A stretch of DNA of 64,000 bases, from assembly GCA_002269645.1 (NCBI GenBank), contig NIVC01003179.1:49659-113658 (forward strand), written 5' to 3'. Position 1 is the stretch's first letter. Every line of letters begins with the position of its first letter. The position numbers and the translations under genes were made by a program. Below the pieces are notes generated by a model that worked only from the letters and a program-made list of their open reading frames with translations, did not search any database and had not been told where the DNA came from. This document shows, one piece after another, positions 59,180 through 64,000 of the stretch. This DNA is from Macrostomum lignano (taxonomy: Eukaryota).

Positions 59180-60482
59180 GGAGTGTTGGTAGAGCTGCGC
59201 TGAGCACATCCAAGTTATGGCGCTACACATCAGGTTCTGGGCTGCCATATAGGGTTCAGGCGCCACATTTAGGGTTCAGGCGCCATATGTAGGGTTCAGA
59301 CGCCACATATCATATTCTGGCGCCACATATCATATTCTGGCGCCACATATCATATTCTGGCGCCACATATCATATTCTGGCGCCACATATCATATTCTGG
59401 CGCCACATATCATATTCTGGCGCCACATATCATATTCTGGCGCCACATATCATATTCTGGCGCCACATATCATATTCTGGCGCCACATATCATATTCTGG
59501 CGCCACATATCATATTCTGGCGCCACATATCATATTCTGGCGCCACATATCATATTCTGGCGCCAGAATATGATATGTGGCGCTAAGTAATGATATTTGG
59601 TGCCAGAGTATGATATGTGGTGTCAGAACCTGATATATGGCGCTAGAATATAAATTTTGGCGCCAGAATATGATATGTGGCGCCAGAAGATGATATGTGG
59701 CGCCAGAATCTGATTTATGGCGCTAAATAATGATACTTGGTGCCAGAGTCAGATATGCGGCGCCAGAATCCGATGTAAGGCGCCAGAATCCGATGTGAGG
59801 CGCCAGAATCCGATGTGAGGCGCCAGAATCCGATGTGAGGCGCCAGAACCTGATATATGGCGCTAGAATATAAAATGTGGCGCCAGAATATGATATGTGG
59901 CGCTAAATAATGATATTTGGTGCCAGAGTACGATATGTGGTGTCAGAACCTGATATATGGCGCTAGAATATAAAATGTGGCACCAGAATATGATATGTGG
60001 CGCCAGAATCTGATTATGGCGCTAAATAATGATACTTGGTGCCAGAGTCAGATATGCGGCGCCAGAATCCGATGTAAGGCGCCAGAATCCGATGTAAGGC
60101 GCCAGAATCCGATGTAAGGAGCCAGAATCCGATGTGAGGCGCCAGAATCCGATGTGAGGCGCCAGAATCTGATATATGGCACTAGAATATAAAATTTGGC
60201 GCTATAATCTGATATGTGGCGCCAGAATCCGATGTGAGGCGCTAAATAATGATATTTGGCCCCAGAATATGATATGTGGTGCCAGAATATGTTATGTGGC
60301 ACCAGAGTATGATATGTGGCGCCAGAGTATGATATGTGGCACCAGAGTATGATATGTGACGCCTGAACCCTACATGTGGCGCCTGAACCCTAAATGTGGC
60401 GCCTGAACAGTATATGGCAGCCCATAACCTGATGTGTAGCGCCATAACTTGGATGTGCTCAGCACAGCTCTACCAACACTCC
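59180..60482. mobile_element. Foldback-type element with modular inverted arms built from a 20-bp repeat
   Basis: TA|GGAGTGTTGGTAGAGCTG...CAGCTCTACCAACACTCC|TA. The ~120-bp non-repeat outer arms are near-perfect inverses. The unit GGCGCCACATATCATATTCT flips orientation at 59561/59562. Confidence 0.8.
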
Positions 60483-61104
60483 TACTGGCTCCACTCCTAA
60501 TTAAAACCAAGGTCCATGCATTAAACTCCAAAATCGAAAGCTTATCCAATTTACAGAAGAAACAACAGAAAAAAAGCTGGATTTCCTGAGCTGTGGCGCC
60601 ATAGGCGGCTCCCCTCGCCAAGACCCAGCGCCAGTGTCAATAATGATATTTCCAGTTACATTGCCCCAAGGCCCCTATATGGCGCCAGTGATAGCGCTGG
60701 GCTGCATATGCAGATATGGGCCCCGTATATCTCAGCAGGCCTAATAGGTAAGTCAGTCAGAGTCAGGCCTCTCCTGCAGTGCCGAGACAATGAGGCGGCG
60801 CTGGCCCAGTGTGAGCAGCAGCAGCAGCCGCCGGGTGTGGGCGGCACGGCGCCCACTGCCAATCAGAGACCGGCAGGCCTCCCCCACTGCGACCTCATTG
60901 GCTGAGAGTGCCGATCCGTTGCTCTCCACATCATCCCCACCTACGGCCCCCGCAAACTGAGGCGCCGCCGTTCAACGATTTCTTGATAAAAAGGCGCTCC
61001 TGCCCTCGCATCAGGGGGCCCTCCATCGCGCACAGGACTATCCGTGTGTTCTCAACCTGCTCTTAACATATATCGATCAGCATTAAGCCACCATTGTGCC
61101 ATCA

Positions 61105-63295
61105 ATGCAGCCGCAGCAGCAGCAGCACATGAGCCATCTGCTGGCTATGCTACGCCAGCACCAGGACTCTTCGTTTATCAGAAATGGCAAAGGTGAGCCT
61201 TCACTTGATTGTCAATTATTTAACGCATGCATATATATTCGATCAATGCTAATGTTCGAGAAAGTAATATAGGAACAGGAAGGGCCTGGAGTCAAAGATT
61301 ATTTTATTAATAGGGTAACATTTTGTGTTTGACAATTGCTGGTCACATGGCCAGCATCTTCAAATGTATTTGGCTCACATGGCGTTTATTTAGAGAGCGG
61401 GGAGAGAGAGAAATGAATTGTTAAAGAGGCCGCGAGGCCCAGACTGACTGGCAGCATGTGATGCAGAAAAGTCGCCACTTTGCACACACACGCGCTAGCT
61501 GCCTGAGTGCACGGCCCAGGGCCCCGAGACCACCGGGTCTGTTTGCCATCGCCAGTTCTAACAATTGTTGCTGAGGGGTCCCCGTTTTTTTCTGTCTCTC
61601 GACTCTCTTTCTCCCTCCCTACCTTTCACTTGCCGCGCCTCTATAATACAAGGTTAACAGTTTTTCCTGGAGCCACCTGCCGCCGCCACCGCCCAATGAG
61701 CCCCGTGGGAATGTCTGGGGTGACCTGTGTGCTGAGAGCCGCGGAGACCTGGACAAGACCAACAAGTTTGCGCACACATGTTACCCATGCGCCCCGCCAC
61801 CACATGCATGCCGCTGCCACCGCTCGTGATGCAGGCAGCGTGGGAGAGAGCACTGATCCCTAACCGCCCAGTGTTTGTCTGTGTGTATTTTTGTAGCCAA
61901 CCAATGCCATTGTTGCGCACTGCTGCAGATTTGCTCTGCAAACAATGCCCGATAAAGTCATTGAGGGGATATTATTGCTCAACAAAGCTGGCGGGGAGGG
62001 CGGCTGCTGCAGCGGCGACCGTCTTCTCATGCCGCCGGTGAGGCAGCATGACTTGCAATTCGATGCAATTTATTTCGCCATGATACAGTCAAGAAAGTCG
62101 AACTGAAAGCCGCGGGTCAGAAAGAGACTTTGTTGCCGCAGAGCGAAAGAAATAGGAAACACGAGGGCCCTTCTGCACGCGCAATTCGCCTCTTAATCGG
62201 TGAACAAACATTGCTGACTTTTAGACTAATATTGAATTGAATGAGACTTCAGTTTGTTTTTGGCCTGCCTGCAGGGACCCTCTGTGTGAGAAGGTGTGAG
62301 GTTCTGTGCGGTATTATTGCGTAAAAATTACTGCAAAGTTGAAATAGTCGCAATTACCAATCGTATAGTTGCTATGGCGATTGTTCTCAGCAAATTATTC
62401 AATGTGATTCTTGACTCATTGAATCATTTCTTTACCGCCGGCTGACTTTTTTAGCAAAATTTCTCAATTAAACTTGCAGACCTGCAGCAGCAGCAGCAGC
62501 AGCAACATCGACCAGCGAACTCGGGTCACCTGCAGGCTGCAGGCTCCGCTATTGCCACATCGGCTGGAATGCCGTTCCGCTTGCCTCCGACTGGCTCCAG
62601 CGCTGGTGCACACACTACCGCTTCCGCCGCCGCAGCCGCCGCAGCCGCAATGTCTCAGGCCTACTGGCACAGCCAGCTGCTGCGCTTCTACCATCTGGTC
62701 GGCTGCCAGCAGCGAGCCGCGATGGCGCCGCAGCTTGCCGCAGCTGCCGCGGGAGCGCTGCATCCGCTGCGCAGGCGCCGATGCCGCAGCTCCAGCAGCT
62801 CCAGCAGCTCCAGTCGCCGCCGCGCCGCCGCCAGCAGCAGCCGGAGAAGAAGCGACTTCAGCAGCACCAGCGGCGCTTCAACTTCGCCCGCCTGGCCGAG
62901 TCCTGCCTGGAGGAGCCGGCCGTCGCCCGCGCTGCTGCCGCCGATGACGTCGCCTCGATCTGCTCGGCGAATTCCACCGCGGCAGCCGAGGATGCCGAAG
63001 CTGTTGTTGGAGCCTGCAGCTCCGAGGACGACGCCGGGGAGCCAGCTGACGGCTCCGCCTCGCCGATGGATGCCGAGTCGTCTCTGCAGATTCAGGCCCG
63101 GCGTCAACCGCCGCCACCGCAGCAGCAGCAGCAGTTCCAGCAGCAGCAGCAGAGACAGCACCTGCCTCAAGCCAACACCCTGGCCATCATGCAGTTTGGC
63201 GGTCTCTCCGCCGCCGCCGCCGCCGCCGTTGCCGCAGCCGCCGCAGCTGCCGCTTCCGCCCGGGGGCGGAAACCGCGGGGTCGCGGACCGGGACG
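61105..63295 (+). CDS. Probable odd-skipped-related (Osr) C2H2 transcription factor, N-terminal exons 61105-61192 and 62480-63295, 3'-partial, one apparent frameshift near 62769
   Basis: Exon 1 ends G|GTGAGC and exon 2 starts after CTTGCAG; the phases match (G+AC = Asp). The protein is rich in poly-Q/poly-A. RRFNFARLAES resembles the Osr RFDFANLA motif, and RGRKPRGRGPGR before the donor CG|GTGAGT resembles the basic stretch preceding Osr zinc fingers. The zinc fingers themselves are not in the window. Confidence 0.55.
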
Positions 63296-64000
63296 GTGAG
63301 TGACAACCTGACGACTGCATGGTCGGGGATGCGGGCAGCCAGCAGCCATTTAGCTAACAGTTATTCTGCAGCAACCCCTTCCCATCCACCGTAACCATGG
63401 TGACGCAACAAGCGCGTCTGTCAAATAATAAGTTTAAAAAGTTGTCTTTGCAATCCCATGGCTTGGCATTCTTGCTTGCAGAGGCGGCCTGATATTTGAA
63501 AAACAGAAACAATAATAAACAATATGCGCTATTTTTTCTAAATTTGCATGGACACGAACTGCAAAGTTTTTTTGGGGGGGGGGGCTTATATGGGTAATTC
63601 GGTGGGGGCGCTCACTCGCTCACTTTCACCCGCGGAAGGTGACAAATCGCTGCATGCCAGCATCCGCCCCACGTGTGCGCAACCAGCTTAGCGCATGCGG
63701 TTGCCTTGCTCTGCTGGCTGCCAGGAGTTCGGCAGTTTTTATGCAAATTTAGAAATTATATATTATAGCCACCCAGGCTGCGGAACTCAGCCCGCCCACT
63801 GCGAACAACAATATATCGCTGAGGTTGGCCGTGCGGCATCTCCCGTCCCGCATATAGTATACTGACTGTCTGGCATAGGGTGAAGAACATCGCTGCTTTA
63901 TTGCCTGCCTTCAACCCGTATGCTAATGAGCTGGCAGAGGTGTGAGTGCATGCCTCGAGACTCTCGGTTTGGTTCAACTGTACGAATTGTTGATATTTGT

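Overview
Eukaryotic (animal) genomic window with GT-AG introns, GC-rich poly-Q/poly-A exons, very AT-rich intergenic blocks and very dense minisatellites. The gene set (including a metazoan USP) and the repeat landscape suggest a free-living flatworm such as Macrostomum; this is inference. Protein-coding content: the 3' part of a MutL-family gene (PMS1-like, with an in-frame TGA), an intronless universal stress protein, an IGF2BP/Imp-like RNA-binding gene that appears to lack KH3-KH4, three tandem penta-EF-hand paralogs, and the 5' part of a probable odd-skipped-related transcription factor (one apparent frameshift). The centre (19.3-41.1 kb) is a nest of mobile elements. A decayed mariner (TA duplication, TIRs, DD34D remnants) is split within codon 12 by a 10.4-kb dimer of non-autonomous Helitrons. 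A head-to-tail Helitron trimer with exact CTAG|TC junctions follows. These Helitrons share a 5' module and a tRNA-like segment and carry different satellites; two also carry TTAGGG tracts. Also present: a tRNA-headed SINE family with a covarying hairpin that appears to have seeded a ~60-bp minisatellite, a CORE-like SINE, several MITE-like elements and a foldback element. Nearly all long ORFs in the track from 19.7-41 kb and 44-51 kb are artefacts of tandem repeats. All alignments and coordinates were read by eye; repeat boundaries are approximate.
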